Shown in pieces: positions 1-8,548 of a DNA stretch of 64,000 nucleotides. A program made the translations under genes and the position numbers. Position 1 is the stretch's first letter. Each line of letters starts with the position of its first letter. Where the stretch lies: NCBI GenBank assembly GCA_963422395.1, contig OY729431.1:2240001-2304000 (forward strand). Direction: 5' to 3'. Source of the stretch: Vicinamibacteria bacterium (GTDB lineage Bacteria; Acidobacteriota; Vicinamibacteria; Marinacidobacterales; Marinacidobacteraceae). A model generated the notes under the pieces. That model saw only the letters and a program-made list of their open reading frames with translations, was not told the DNA's origin and searched no databases.

Positions 1-780
1 CACCATCCAGCCGAGATCGGCTTCGAAGACGGTGTGTTCCTCGTCGATGTCCTGCCCGTGGAGCGCCATCTTCGCCTCGAGCCGCAGCGTGTCGCGGGCG
101 CCGAGCCCGGCCGGAATCAGCCCCTCGCCCTCCCCGGCGTCGAGCAGGTGGTGGGCTGCCGACTCCGCCTCGCCGGCCGGGAGCAGGATCTCGAAGCCGT
201 CCTCGCCGGTGTACCCCATCCGCGCAACGGTGGCGGGCACCCCGGCCACCCGCCCTTCGGCGAAGCGGTAGTAGCGGATCCGGGGCAGATCCAGATCGGT
301 CAGCGGCGCCAGGATCGCTTCGGCGCGCGGCCCCTGCAGCGCGAGGAGCGCGAAATCGCCGCTGCCGTCGCGGACCGCCGGGTCCGCCGCCCGCCGCCCG
401 CCGCGCTCGCGAACCCACTCGAGGTCGCGGGCGGTGTTCGCCGCGTTCGTGACCACCAGGAACGACTGCGCACCGCGCCGGTACACCACGATGTCGTCGA
501 GGAAGCCGCCGGATTCGGTGGTGAGTGCCGAGTACTGCGCCCTGCCGACCGCGAGGCGGGAGACATCGTTGGGAGTGAGCGACTGCAGCAGAGGGAGCGC
601 GTCCGGCCCTTCGAAAAGCAGCTCGCCCATGTGGCTGACATCGAAGAGTCCGGCCCGCTGCCGCACCGCCCGGTGTTCTGCCGCTACCCCGGAGAACTGG
701 ACCGGCATCTCCCAGCCGGCGAACGGAACGAAACGACCCCCGAGCTCCCGATGGAGGCGGTGGAGCGGGGTGCGGCGCAA
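1..780 (-). CDS. gcvT: Glycine cleavage system aminomethyltransferase T (partial, runs off left edge)
   Basis: Hand translation of the minus strand gives LRRTPLH...FAGWEMPVQF..EHRAVR..GLFDVSHMGE..GYTGEDGFEI..GLGARDTLRLEA. TTG start at 780 is a best guess. Not in the ORF track because it lacks a stop in the window. Confidence 0.95.
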   Translation of the reverse strand, partial: MRRTPLHRLHRELGGRFVPFAGWEMPVQFSGVAAEHRAVRQRAGLFDVSHMGELLFEGPDALPLLQSLTPNDVSRLAVGRAQYSALTTESGGFLDDIVVYRRGAQSFLVVTNAANTARDLEWVRERGGRRAADPAVRDGSGDFALLALQGPRAEAILAPLTDLDLPRIRYYRFAEGRVAGVPATVARMGYTGEDGFEILLPAGEAESAAHHLLDAGEGEGLIPAGLGARDTLRLEAKMALHGQDIDEEHTVFEADLGWMV

Positions 781-846
781 CGGGCTGATCTGGGGTGTGG
801 GATGGATGTAGCTGAGGGAGAGCGGGCTGCGGGTCAGGGCTGCGGG

Positions 847-1338
847 TCAGGGCGACGGCTGGTTCTGATCGGGCGGCCCGCTCTTCTTTCCCGGCTCCAT
901 CGCTCCCGGCGTCCTTTCCGCTTCGGAGGCGGCGTCCTCGCCCCGGGGAAGCGTTCCGAAGTGGACTTCCACGATCGTTTCCAGCCGCGTCATCCGGGAA
1001 GAGAGGCCCGCGAGGTCTGCCCGCAGGCCGCCGATCTGTCCTTCGAGGTCCGTTCGCAGACCGCCGATCTGCCCACCGAGGTCCGCCCGCAAGCCGCCGA
1101 TCTCCTGATGGACTTCCGTGCGGAGATCACCGACCTGCCGCTGCAAATCCAGCAGGCCGCCGTGCAAGGAGAGGAAGGCGCCGGCGGCGCCCGCGATCAT
1201 GGCGAGGAGCAGGCCGAGCATGATCCGCTCCGCCGTCGTCAGCTGCCCCTGGGGTCCCTGGGGCCGTCCCTGGGAGACAGCCGGTGCCGAGGAATTTTCG
1301 CTCACTGCGGTTCCATGTCTCACTTTTCCGCCGTCCAT
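847..1338 (-). CDS. Hypothetical single-TM protein with 11-residue coiled-coil repeats
   Basis: Hydrophobic segment IMLGLLLAMIAGAAGAFLSL followed by four repeats QVGDLRTEVHQ/EIGGLRADLGG/QIGGLRTDLEG/QIGGLRADLAG, then RMTRLE. Start uncertain. Confidence 0.7.
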   Translation of the reverse strand: MDGGKVRHGTAVSENSSAPAVSQGRPQGPQGQLTTAERIMLGLLLAMIAGAAGAFLSLHGGLLDLQRQVGDLRTEVHQEIGGLRADLGGQIGGLRTDLEGQIGGLRADLAGLSSRMTRLETIVEVHFGTLPRGEDAASEAERTPGAMEPGKKSGPPDQNQPSP

Positions 1339-1525
1339 CGATCTCTCGGCGATCTCCCGGTGACTCCCTGTTTTCAGGAATAGGGGGAGGCCGCTTCCAC
1401 GCCCCCGGCACGAGGGGCGAAACCGCCGCCGCCCCCGACCGGAAGAGATCTTCTTCCGATCGGGTGGGCCTTAGCGCGGCTTTTCGTGCAGGTCGCGCCG
1501 GGGCGGGGAAGTGCGGTATCGAGGC

Positions 1526-1876
1526 CTATTCGGAGCCAGCCGCCGCCGCGATCGAGTGGACGGTGATCGTGTTCGTCTCCTCGTCGAGCGTGCCCATCAC
1601 CGTGACCTCCGCACCGAGGTGCTCCAGCGCCGTTTCCGCGGTGAGGTCCAGCAGGTGGAAGCCGTCCGGGCTGGCGAGCGCCACCCCGCCGCCCCGGTTC
1701 AAGCAGCCGGTGGCGCAGGCCTCGTGTTCGGCGTTCCCGGCCTTCGCGTAGTCCTTGGCGCACGCCTCGTCGGCGACCCAGCCGGTGAAGGCCGTGTCGT
1801 CGCTGGCAACCGCCAGCGCGGCGGCACCGAAGGCGAGGGCGAAGACGGAGAGAGCGATCAGCAGTTTTTCGGTCAT
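1526..1876 (-). CDS. Small secreted hypothetical protein with Cys/His motif
   Basis: AAGGAG RBS before ATG 1876; signal peptide MTEKLLIALSVFALAFGAAALA; motif DEAC...HEACATGC. Confidence 0.8.
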   Translation of the reverse strand: MTEKLLIALSVFALAFGAAALAVASDDTAFTGWVADEACAKDYAKAGNAEHEACATGCLNRGGGVALASPDGFHLLDLTAETALEHLGAEVTVMGTLDEETNTITVHSIAAAAGSE

Positions 1877-2016
1877 GAGAGGAATCTCCTTGTTCGAGTG
1901 GAATTCTCTGGAAGAGCTACTACCGGGGCGGGAATGCCACGGACGGCAACGGATTGTAGCAGAGGGCGTTCGAGACCCCGATCCAGCCCGAGACCGGAAC
2001 ATCGCGGGACATGAGG

Positions 2017-2054
2017 AAAGAAAAGGGCCGGGGCGGCTTCCGCCGCCCCGGCCC
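2017..2054 (-). terminator. Rho-independent terminator of the FN3 lipoprotein gene at 2090-4294
   Basis: Hairpin GGGCCGGGGCGG/CCGCCCCGGCCC (2025-2054) followed on the minus strand by TTTTCTTT. Confidence 0.85.
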
Positions 2055-2089
2055 GGAAACGCGCTCGCGCGCTACTGCCTACTAGCCTT

Positions 2090-4294
2090 TCATTGCTTCC
2101 CTGCTTTTGCTGCCTTCTGCCGTGGAATTTCATGGTATCTGCTCAGTCTCCAAGGCCCATTCCCGACTTCAGACACTGCCTGAACGCAAATGTGGACTCG
2201 GCGATACCCTAAATCACCCTCCTTCTTCTTCGCTTCCGGCTTTTCGAAATCGGCCTCCAAGTAGATTCCATCAAAGGAATTGGTGATCTTTACGTTATCC
2301 GCAATATTCCATTTTCCCCCATTTGAATCCGAACATACGGCCACCTTCGGAGCAGTGGTGCGAACTCTTTTACCCCCCTCATCCAAATACTGGCGGTATT
2401 TGATGGTCCTCGCTTTAAAACCAGTGTGGTCATCAGGCACAGTGAGGTCACTTTCGGGGATATCGACTTGCCACACAACGCTCATCATGGTGGGCGTCGA
2501 TGATGAAGAACTGAAGACGCTAGGAGATCTTGGCTTCCCTGGACGGGTTTGTATTTCCTCGTTGTCTTTCGGAACAGACCAATCACTCTCACCGGAGTCG
2601 TTCTCATAGCGCAGACAAAGCAGATACCCAGTGTAGGGCTTGAGGTTGCGATCCATCGTGATTCGAATGTTGTCAACTTGCCTGCTGGTCGGATTCTGGT
2701 CCTTCAACAGCGGACCGGAATCACAGCGATCCTGTATCTCTTTGGTCGAGTCGCCGTTCCTGACTGGATTGGCAACCACCCTGGCCTCATATCCGAAACC
2801 TTTCTTGAGGCTGAATCCACTCCAAGTGATCGCCTTCGTAATCTCATCCTCGATTGTAGGGTCTCCAACTGTCGAGGGGCTAGGAGATGTGATCCCCCAA
2901 GCGAACGACAGGTTCTCGCGGAGATTTTCCGAATTTTTGGTTCGGACGCATAGAAGTTTCTTAACTACCTCACTCTCGCTGATTGTGTACGAGGTCCGGG
3001 TAGGCTTATCACTTTCCCAATCACCACTGACGTCGCAAGTCTCCTTGGAGGGGCGTTGGATCTCGTATTCGGCACCAGGGAGCCGGTCCCAGATCCAGGT
3101 GATGCTGTCCGCTGTGCTCGTCCAGCGGACATTCAGACTCCCCGCACCTTCATCAGGGGTCCGATTCGATCCGCCGCCACCGGAGGGGGCGGTGCCCGTC
3201 GTCGTGCTCGAGACCGTGCTGCTCCAGGCACCCGTCTTCTTCGCGGCGTTGCTGCTGGCCGGGATGGCGCGGATACGGAAACCGTAGTCGGTGCCGCTAT
3301 CCAGGTCGCTCGCCACGCAGCTGGCATCGTCCACTTCGTTGTCCTCGTCTGCACCGCCGCAGCTGGACTCCGCCCAAGAGCTCGTCCCGTCGACTTGCTG
3401 CTCCACTTCGTAGTGATCGGCGCCATCTACTGCTTTCCAAGCGATGGAGATCGAGGTATCGGTCTCGTCACCGGTCAAGAGGCTTTTCGGAGCGGCGAGC
3501 GCCGTGGGCGCGGCGGGCTTCTTCGTCGTCCCCTCGGAGGGTTCCTCCACCCACTCGCCGAAGAGCGGCTCGGTGACCGTCCCCGCCCAGGCGCGAACCC
3601 GCAGGTAGCCGGTGCTGGACCCGGTGAGGTTCGGCACCCGATGCTTCGTATTCTGGGCGCCCGTCAGGATGAATAGCGGGTCGCCGTCTCCGAAGGTCTT
3701 GTCATCGCTGAACTGGACCTGGTAGCCGGCGGCGCCTTCCACTGCTTTCCAGGTCCACTCGATGAAGTCCGAGCCCGTTGCAGAGACCTCGAGCCCGATC
3801 GGCGCCGCCGGCGCGGTGGGCGCAGCAGCGGTCGTCGTGCCCGTCACATGCGTGGACCAAGAGCTGTACACCCGGTCGTCCCCCTCCCCCACGAATGCGC
3901 GCACCCGGAGGTAAGCCTTCGTCTCGGCGGCGATGCCTTCCTTGCGGTACGAAATCTGCTCTGCCGTCCTGGCGACGATTTCGTCTTCGCTGGTGAACGC
4001 TTCGTTGGCGCTGAACTGGACCTGGTAGCCGGCGGCGCCTTCCACCGCTTTCCAGGACCACTCGATGAAGTCGGCTCCGGCGGCGGAGGCCGCGAGCCCG
4101 GTCGGCGCAGCAGGTGCTTCGGGCGCCGGCGGCGTCGGAGTCGGCGGTGCCGGCAGTGTCGGAGTCGTCGGCGTCGGAGTGCTGTCTTCCCCGCAAGCGG
4201 CGATCGAGAAGCCCGCACCGAGGAACAGAACGAGCAGCAGAGCCCAAGAACCCATCCGTCGGGCGGAGAAAAAACCTGCTTCGAGCAACTTCAT
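2090..4294 (-). CDS. Fibronectin type III repeat lipoprotein (paralogue 1)
   Basis: GGGAGG RBS before ATG 4294; lipobox-like LVLFLGAGFSIAA-C; Pro/Thr linker; at least three FN3-like units (APTGL..FIEWSWKAVEGAAGYQVQ..YLRVRA); Cys-containing C-terminal region. Confidence 0.85.
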   Translation of the reverse strand: MKLLEAGFFSARRMGSWALLLVLFLGAGFSIAACGEDSTPTPTTPTLPAPPTPTPPAPEAPAAPTGLAASAAGADFIEWSWKAVEGAAGYQVQFSANEAFTSEDEIVARTAEQISYRKEGIAAETKAYLRVRAFVGEGDDRVYSSWSTHVTGTTTAAAPTAPAAPIGLEVSATGSDFIEWTWKAVEGAAGYQVQFSDDKTFGDGDPLFILTGAQNTKHRVPNLTGSSTGYLRVRAWAGTVTEPLFGEWVEEPSEGTTKKPAAPTALAAPKSLLTGDETDTSISIAWKAVDGADHYEVEQQVDGTSSWAESSCGGADEDNEVDDASCVASDLDSGTDYGFRIRAIPASSNAAKKTGAWSSTVSSTTTGTAPSGGGGSNRTPDEGAGSLNVRWTSTADSITWIWDRLPGAEYEIQRPSKETCDVSGDWESDKPTRTSYTISESEVVKKLLCVRTKNSENLRENLSFAWGITSPSPSTVGDPTIEDEITKAITWSGFSLKKGFGYEARVVANPVRNGDSTKEIQDRCDSGPLLKDQNPTSRQVDNIRITMDRNLKPYTGYLLCLRYENDSGESDWSVPKDNEEIQTRPGKPRSPSVFSSSSSTPTMMSVVWQVDIPESDLTVPDDHTGFKARTIKYRQYLDEGGKRVRTTAPKVAVCSDSNGGKWNIADNVKITNSFDGIYLEADFEKPEAKKKEGDLGYRRVHICVQAVSEVGNGPWRLSRYHEIPRQKAAKAGKQ
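3706..4072. repeat. 64-bp intragenic direct repeat (3706-3769 and 4009-4072), FN3 module duplication
   Basis: cgctgaactggacctggtagccggcggcgccttccacYgctttccaggWccactcgatgaagtc occurs twice with 2 mismatches. Confidence 0.9.
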
Positions 4295-4480
4295 GTCACC
4301 TGACCTCCCAGTCGGCACACACGACGCGGGGAGAGCCCCGCGCCTGTCGAGACGCATATCCATATCCAAATCTACCACAGATTCTCGCCGATCGCTACCG
4401 AATATACCCGACACCCGGCACACGATCCGGCACGGTTCCCCGAACGGGAAACACCGCGCAGGCATCAGGCGGGCGTCGAA

Positions 4481-5746
4481 TCAACCCCCTGTCAACACCG
4501 CGGCAATCCGGCCGACGCCCGCGTTCATCAGCGCGTCGATCCGGTCGGCGATGCGCTGCGCGGGTTCGCGGAGCTGCTCGATGGTCCAGTCGGCGGCGTA
4601 GCCCTCGGTCACATCACCAGGCCGGGCGTGGTTCACCAGCCGCTTGGTCAGGGAGCGCGGCAGCAGCAGCTCGCGCTCGGCCACGGTGATGAAGCAGTTG
4701 CGCAGGCCGTGGAACCAGAACCTCGCGCCGCCCGCGCGCCCGATGCGGTCGTAGAGATGGTGCAGCTCTTCGATGTGGCCCGAAGTGCTGGCGGGCGACG
4801 GGAACACCCAGCCGCTCGGCCGTCCCGGGTCCTGCGCCCCCGCCCGGCGCCGCTCGAGGAGATCGGCCAGTTGCCGGGTGATCGGCAGCTCCAGCGGCTC
4901 GCCGGTCTTGGTCTCCTCCACCCGGAAGAGGCGCTCTGCCAGGAACACTCGCTCCCAGCGGAGCGTGAGGATCTCGCCCCGGCGCATCCCCGTGTACAGG
5001 CCGAACAGGAAGATGTCGCGGGTCGCCGGGACGGTCACCTCGGCATCGATCCCCGACCGCCACCGGGGCAGCACCTCGGCCGGGGTGGGGATTCGCCGCC
5101 GCCTCTTGTTGTGGAAACGGCCGCCCCCGGCCAGCCAGAGCTCGACCGGATTGCGCAGACCGTCGTGGTCCACGCACGGCCGGCGGTAGATGGAACGCAA
5201 CAGGGAGATCGTCTGGTTGGCCGCCGCCCATCCGTTCCGCTCGGTGATGCGGTGGAAGCGCGCTTCCACCTCCCGGCGGGTGATCGTGTTCAGAGGCCGC
5301 GCCAGCCAGTCGCCGAGGCAACGGCTCCCATGGCTTCGATCGAGCGCATCGGTGCCCGCCGCGCGGTTGGGGTGGACCGCGAGGTACTCCTCGAACGCTT
5401 CTCCGAGCCTCGGCATCTTCCGCTGCTCGCCGCGCTCGCCCGCCGGATCCTCGCCGGCAGCGGCCCGGCCCAGCAGCTGCCGGGCCATCCGCCTCGCCCG
5501 GTCGGGGGCGAGATGCCCGTAGCGTCCGATGACGATGCGCCGGTTGGGCGCCTTCCGGCCGCCGTCTCCGACGCGGTAGTTGACGAGAAAGGACTTGGCG
5601 CCCGACGGGTGGACCCGCACCCCGAATCCGGTGAGCCGGTCGTCCCAGGCGATCCACGGCTTGGAGGCAGGTTCGAGGGCCTCGACGGCGCGCTTGGTGA
5701 GCGTGATCCGGAGCCGGGCGACTCGTTTCCCGGAGTCCGTGGTCAT
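4481..5746 (-). CDS. Tyrosine recombinase/integrase with N-terminal arm-DNA-binding domain
   Basis: N-terminal LTKRAVEAL..WDDRLTGFGVRV..SGAKSF; catalytic residues YTGMRRGEI (R), TKTG (K), FHGLR (HxxR), LVNH (H), VTEGY (Y) all present. ATG 5746 chosen as start. Confidence 0.93.
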   Translation of the reverse strand: MTTDSGKRVARLRITLTKRAVEALEPASKPWIAWDDRLTGFGVRVHPSGAKSFLVNYRVGDGGRKAPNRRIVIGRYGHLAPDRARRMARQLLGRAAAGEDPAGERGEQRKMPRLGEAFEEYLAVHPNRAAGTDALDRSHGSRCLGDWLARPLNTITRREVEARFHRITERNGWAAANQTISLLRSIYRRPCVDHDGLRNPVELWLAGGGRFHNKRRRRIPTPAEVLPRWRSGIDAEVTVPATRDIFLFGLYTGMRRGEILTLRWERVFLAERLFRVEETKTGEPLELPITRQLADLLERRRAGAQDPGRPSGWVFPSPASTSGHIEELHHLYDRIGRAGGARFWFHGLRNCFITVAERELLLPRSLTKRLVNHARPGDVTEGYAADWTIEQLREPAQRIADRIDALMNAGVGRIAAVLTGG

Positions 5747-5935
5747 GACGGCCAGCGTACCGACGGACGCCTTCAGGTCAACACGAAACGCAACACGGGC
5801 GAAGACGGCCGGACTTTCAGAGCCCCGCCCGATCGAGAGGATCGCGGCAGAACATCTTCCCAACCGGTTGAAAATACATATATTTTGCGATCCGATCCGA
5901 ATCGCGCCGAGACGAGCCGCCCCTACACGGCGAGG

Positions 5936-6417
5936 TTCTCCTTCTTGCCATGTTCCTGGGCGCGGGACTCGTGCTTTCGGGATGCGGCGATGACGATGCG
6001 CCGGCGACCCCGGCACCGGCTCCGGCCCCGGCCCCAGCTCCGGCACCTGAACCGGAACCGGAGGTTCCGTCGGCGCCGGCGACTCCGAGCGGGCTGATGG
6101 TTTCGGCGACGACGGAGACTTCGGTGACCTACAGCTGGACTGCGGTCGAGGGCGCGGTCGGCTATGCGGTACAGGTGAGCACCGACGAGATTTTCACCGA
6201 TGAGGATGCGGTCGTTGCGACGGTAGAGCCGACCTATACGGTGGCGGATATCGAGCCGGGAGCGACGGTGTATGCGCGGGTAGCGGCAGCAGCGACGGCG
6301 CCGCCGGATGCGGTGCTGAGTGCGTGGTCCACGCATGTGACGGGGACCTCGGACGAGCCGCCGCCGCCGAAGCCGCCGGCCCCGGACCCGGTGTCCGTGA
6401 CCTTCTCGCTGGCCGAC
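5936..6417. repeat. Left arm of about 480-bp inverted repeat (partner about 10061-10542)
   Basis: Identity starts at ttctccttcttgccatg (5936 / 10542) and continues with only a few synonymous mismatches; high similarity persists to about 6840. Confidence 0.95.
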
Positions 6418-7992
6418 AGCGCGAAGAACAGGCACCCGATGATTCCGGACGACGGCAAGGACGAGGAGACGGCGATGGCATCGGTGAACCCGGAGCTTTC
6501 GGTGGAGTCGAAGACGGATGTGGTGATCACGCCGATGTTCGTCGAGGGCGCGAGCGGGGTTCAGGTTGCGAAGGGGAGCAACGAGATGCCGTTCGAGAAT
6601 GTGAGCTGGGAGGCGCTGCAGAGCGATGTGGTATCGAAGGGAGTGACCTTCAAGGTGGTTCGGGTCACCCTGGGTGCGAACCAGGAGATGGAGCCGACGG
6701 GAGATGTGGCGTATGTGACCTGCGGTCCGTTCGATTGCGTTGCCGGCGAGGAAGCCCCGGAGATCACGATCGCCGATTCCTCCGCCTGCGAAGGCTGGGA
6801 GCCGACGCTGGAGCTTCAAGTCGGCAAAGTGGACAACGACGGAGTGGGCAAAGACGATGAAGCTGACAAGATGAACGGCTACGACATGGGCTGGCGGTAC
6901 ACCTCGAGCGATACGTTCGATGCGACCCACGAATTCGGATCTTTGATCACAGGAAAGAGCAGCGGAGTCAAGAAGAGCGCTAGCCTGAAGGGACTCCCGA
7001 TGCCGGACAAGATTGGGGCTGCCGTGACTTACGACGCCGACGTCGTCGACGGTGACGACAACTTCGAAAAGCAACAGACGGCGTGTTCCGATCCTTATAA
7101 TGCGACGAAGGCTTCCGGGGTCTTTGAGCCGGAGGAATGTTTCCGTCTCCATACCGCCAGCGATTACCTGTCGGTTTACGAAGTGTCTCTGTCATCGAAG
7201 AGTGCTGGGTTGAGCTACGGCTCGATCGTTTGGGACGAGATCAAAGATCTCTCTTGTGAACCCAAGGTGTTCGCCGCCGCCGATCAGGTGGATGTCTGTG
7301 AACTCTTCGAGGCGGAAGTCGATCAGGCCCACCCTTCGAAGATCAATGTCCAAGGGGTCTTGGATAGCGATAAGACCAAGCTCATGGGCCTCAATCTCGA
7401 CTTCACTGAATCTGGAGTACCTACTTCCGAACGCTACGCGGCCCTTTGGTACCACGATGGTTCGAAGCCCATGAAAGCCGCCCCCAAGAACCTATACAAG
7501 ACCAAAGCTGAAAAATGGACCGAGGGGTTCGTCAACAGGAAAGGCGCGTCGACGTCTCCTGGAGGACGCGATGATGTCTGGATCCGACTGCTCGACAAGG
7601 GCGATGACCCGCTGCCGGAGTATGGCGACCTCGGCAAGGTGGATACGGTTGCCACCAAGGAGGGTGAAGACGACAGAAACAAATCGGATAACCACTCTGG
7701 CTACAGCTGCTCTAGCAAAGATGGCGGTGTTGCTGCGTCGGCAACGTCAACATCGGCAACCTTGGTGGCCGGTGCCTCCCTCTGCGACGCCGAAGATGTC
7801 GAGATCTCAACCAAGGTCGTCTTCACCGACAACTTCGGCAAGCATGCCTGCTCGGTGGAGAAGTCCTACGCCATCACCTGCCAGTGGGACGCGACTGGGC
7901 AATTGGGTAGAAGCAGAGAGGAAGCCCCGAGCGATCTGAGCAAGGATGGTGCCATTGACAGATTCCTTTCTTGCAAGGTGGCAGTTGAGTAA
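5950..7992 (+). CDS. FN3 lipoprotein paralogue A, 5'-truncated (probable silent cassette)
   Basis: First 156 aa identical to paralogue B from its internal Met onward. Lacks B's first 19 residues as a translatable start; in-frame stop at 5869-5871 and no upstream ATG/GTG/TTG. Confidence 0.8.
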   Translation: MFLGAGLVLSGCGDDDAPATPAPAPAPAPAPAPEPEPEVPSAPATPSGLMVSATTETSVTYSWTAVEGAVGYAVQVSTDEIFTDEDAVVATVEPTYTVADIEPGATVYARVAAAATAPPDAVLSAWSTHVTGTSDEPPPPKPPAPDPVSVTFSLADSAKNRHPMIPDDGKDEETAMASVNPELSVESKTDVVITPMFVEGASGVQVAKGSNEMPFENVSWEALQSDVVSKGVTFKVVRVTLGANQEMEPTGDVAYVTCGPFDCVAGEEAPEITIADSSACEGWEPTLELQVGKVDNDGVGKDDEADKMNGYDMGWRYTSSDTFDATHEFGSLITGKSSGVKKSASLKGLPMPDKIGAAVTYDADVVDGDDNFEKQQTACSDPYNATKASGVFEPEECFRLHTASDYLSVYEVSLSSKSAGLSYGSIVWDEIKDLSCEPKVFAAADQVDVCELFEAEVDQAHPSKINVQGVLDSDKTKLMGLNLDFTESGVPTSERYAALWYHDGSKPMKAAPKNLYKTKAEKWTEGFVNRKGASTSPGGRDDVWIRLLDKGDDPLPEYGDLGKVDTVATKEGEDDRNKSDNHSGYSCSSKDGGVAASATSTSATLVAGASLCDAEDVEISTKVVFTDNFGKHACSVEKSYAITCQWDATGQLGRSREEAPSDLSKDGAIDRFLSCKVAVE

Positions 7993-8012
7993 CGACTAGC
8001 AACCTTTGTTCA

Positions 8013-8100
8013 GGATCCGCAAAGGATGATGTGATCTGCGCCTAGCGGATCCAACGGAGCCCCGGGGCCTTCGGGCCCCGGGGTTTTCGTCTGTACGAAC
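8013..8100 (+). terminator. Conserved 3' element of paralogue A: structured hairpin plus intrinsic terminator
   Basis: GGATCCGC-N24-GCGGATCC stem (8013-8052), then CCCCGGGGCC-TTCG-GGCCCCGGGG-TTTT (8060-8087). Confidence 0.9.
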
Positions 8101-8448
8101 TCCAGAGTTCGGTCCCGTCTTCGTCGAATACCCCCGGGATTCGATCTCGGGCGGCAGGAAGGCTGCTGGACACTGGCAATCGAAGCGCTCCAAGCCGCAC
8201 ACCCTGCGCGTCCCCAGATCCCGTTGTGGTGGGCAGTTGCCCAGGGCGTTCGCCAACCCCTCCTGTCCTGCTACTCATCGCTACTCATCGCGCCGCCCGG
8301 TGCGCCGAACAGCGCGGCCCTCAGATCTCCGGCGGGAGAGAAAAGTAGAAGGCCGCCCCAGCAGTGCGCGGCGCAGACCGCACTGCATTGACGCTCGACA
8401 TCCCCTCGGGGAACACCTGCCTCCCGAGGCGGAGTCCGCAGACTCGGG

Positions 8449-8536
8449 TTCGTACAAAAGAAAAACCCCGGGGCCCGAAGGCCCCGGGGCTCCGTTGGAT
8501 CCGCTAGGCGCAGATCACATCATCCTTCGCGGATCC
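8449..8536 (-). terminator. Conserved 3' element of paralogue B (inverted copy of 8013-8100)
   Basis: Reverse complement matches 8013-8087 with one mismatch and shares the trailing TGTACGAAC. Confidence 0.9.
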
Positions 8537-8548
8537 GAAAACGAGGGT

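Noticed and set aside
824-849. 13-bp tandem repeat gggctgcgggtca (also a 10-bp tandem near 8270-8291)
   Set aside because: Two-copy micro-duplications with no supporting context.
4481-5746. Prophage or integron
   Set aside because: No phage structural genes, no evident IntI-specific insertion, and no attC-type cassette array.
8013-8052. Self-cleaving ribozyme or known riboswitch in the 3' element
   Set aside because: No hammerhead CUGANGA/GAAA core or other consensus I recognise on either strand; kept only as an unassigned motif.
8146-8159. ctcgggcggcagga resembling the 3' end of tRNA-Pro(CGG), a possible att site
   Set aside because: Only 11 contiguous matching bases in GC-rich DNA, and it lies in the middle of the locus; chance is likely.
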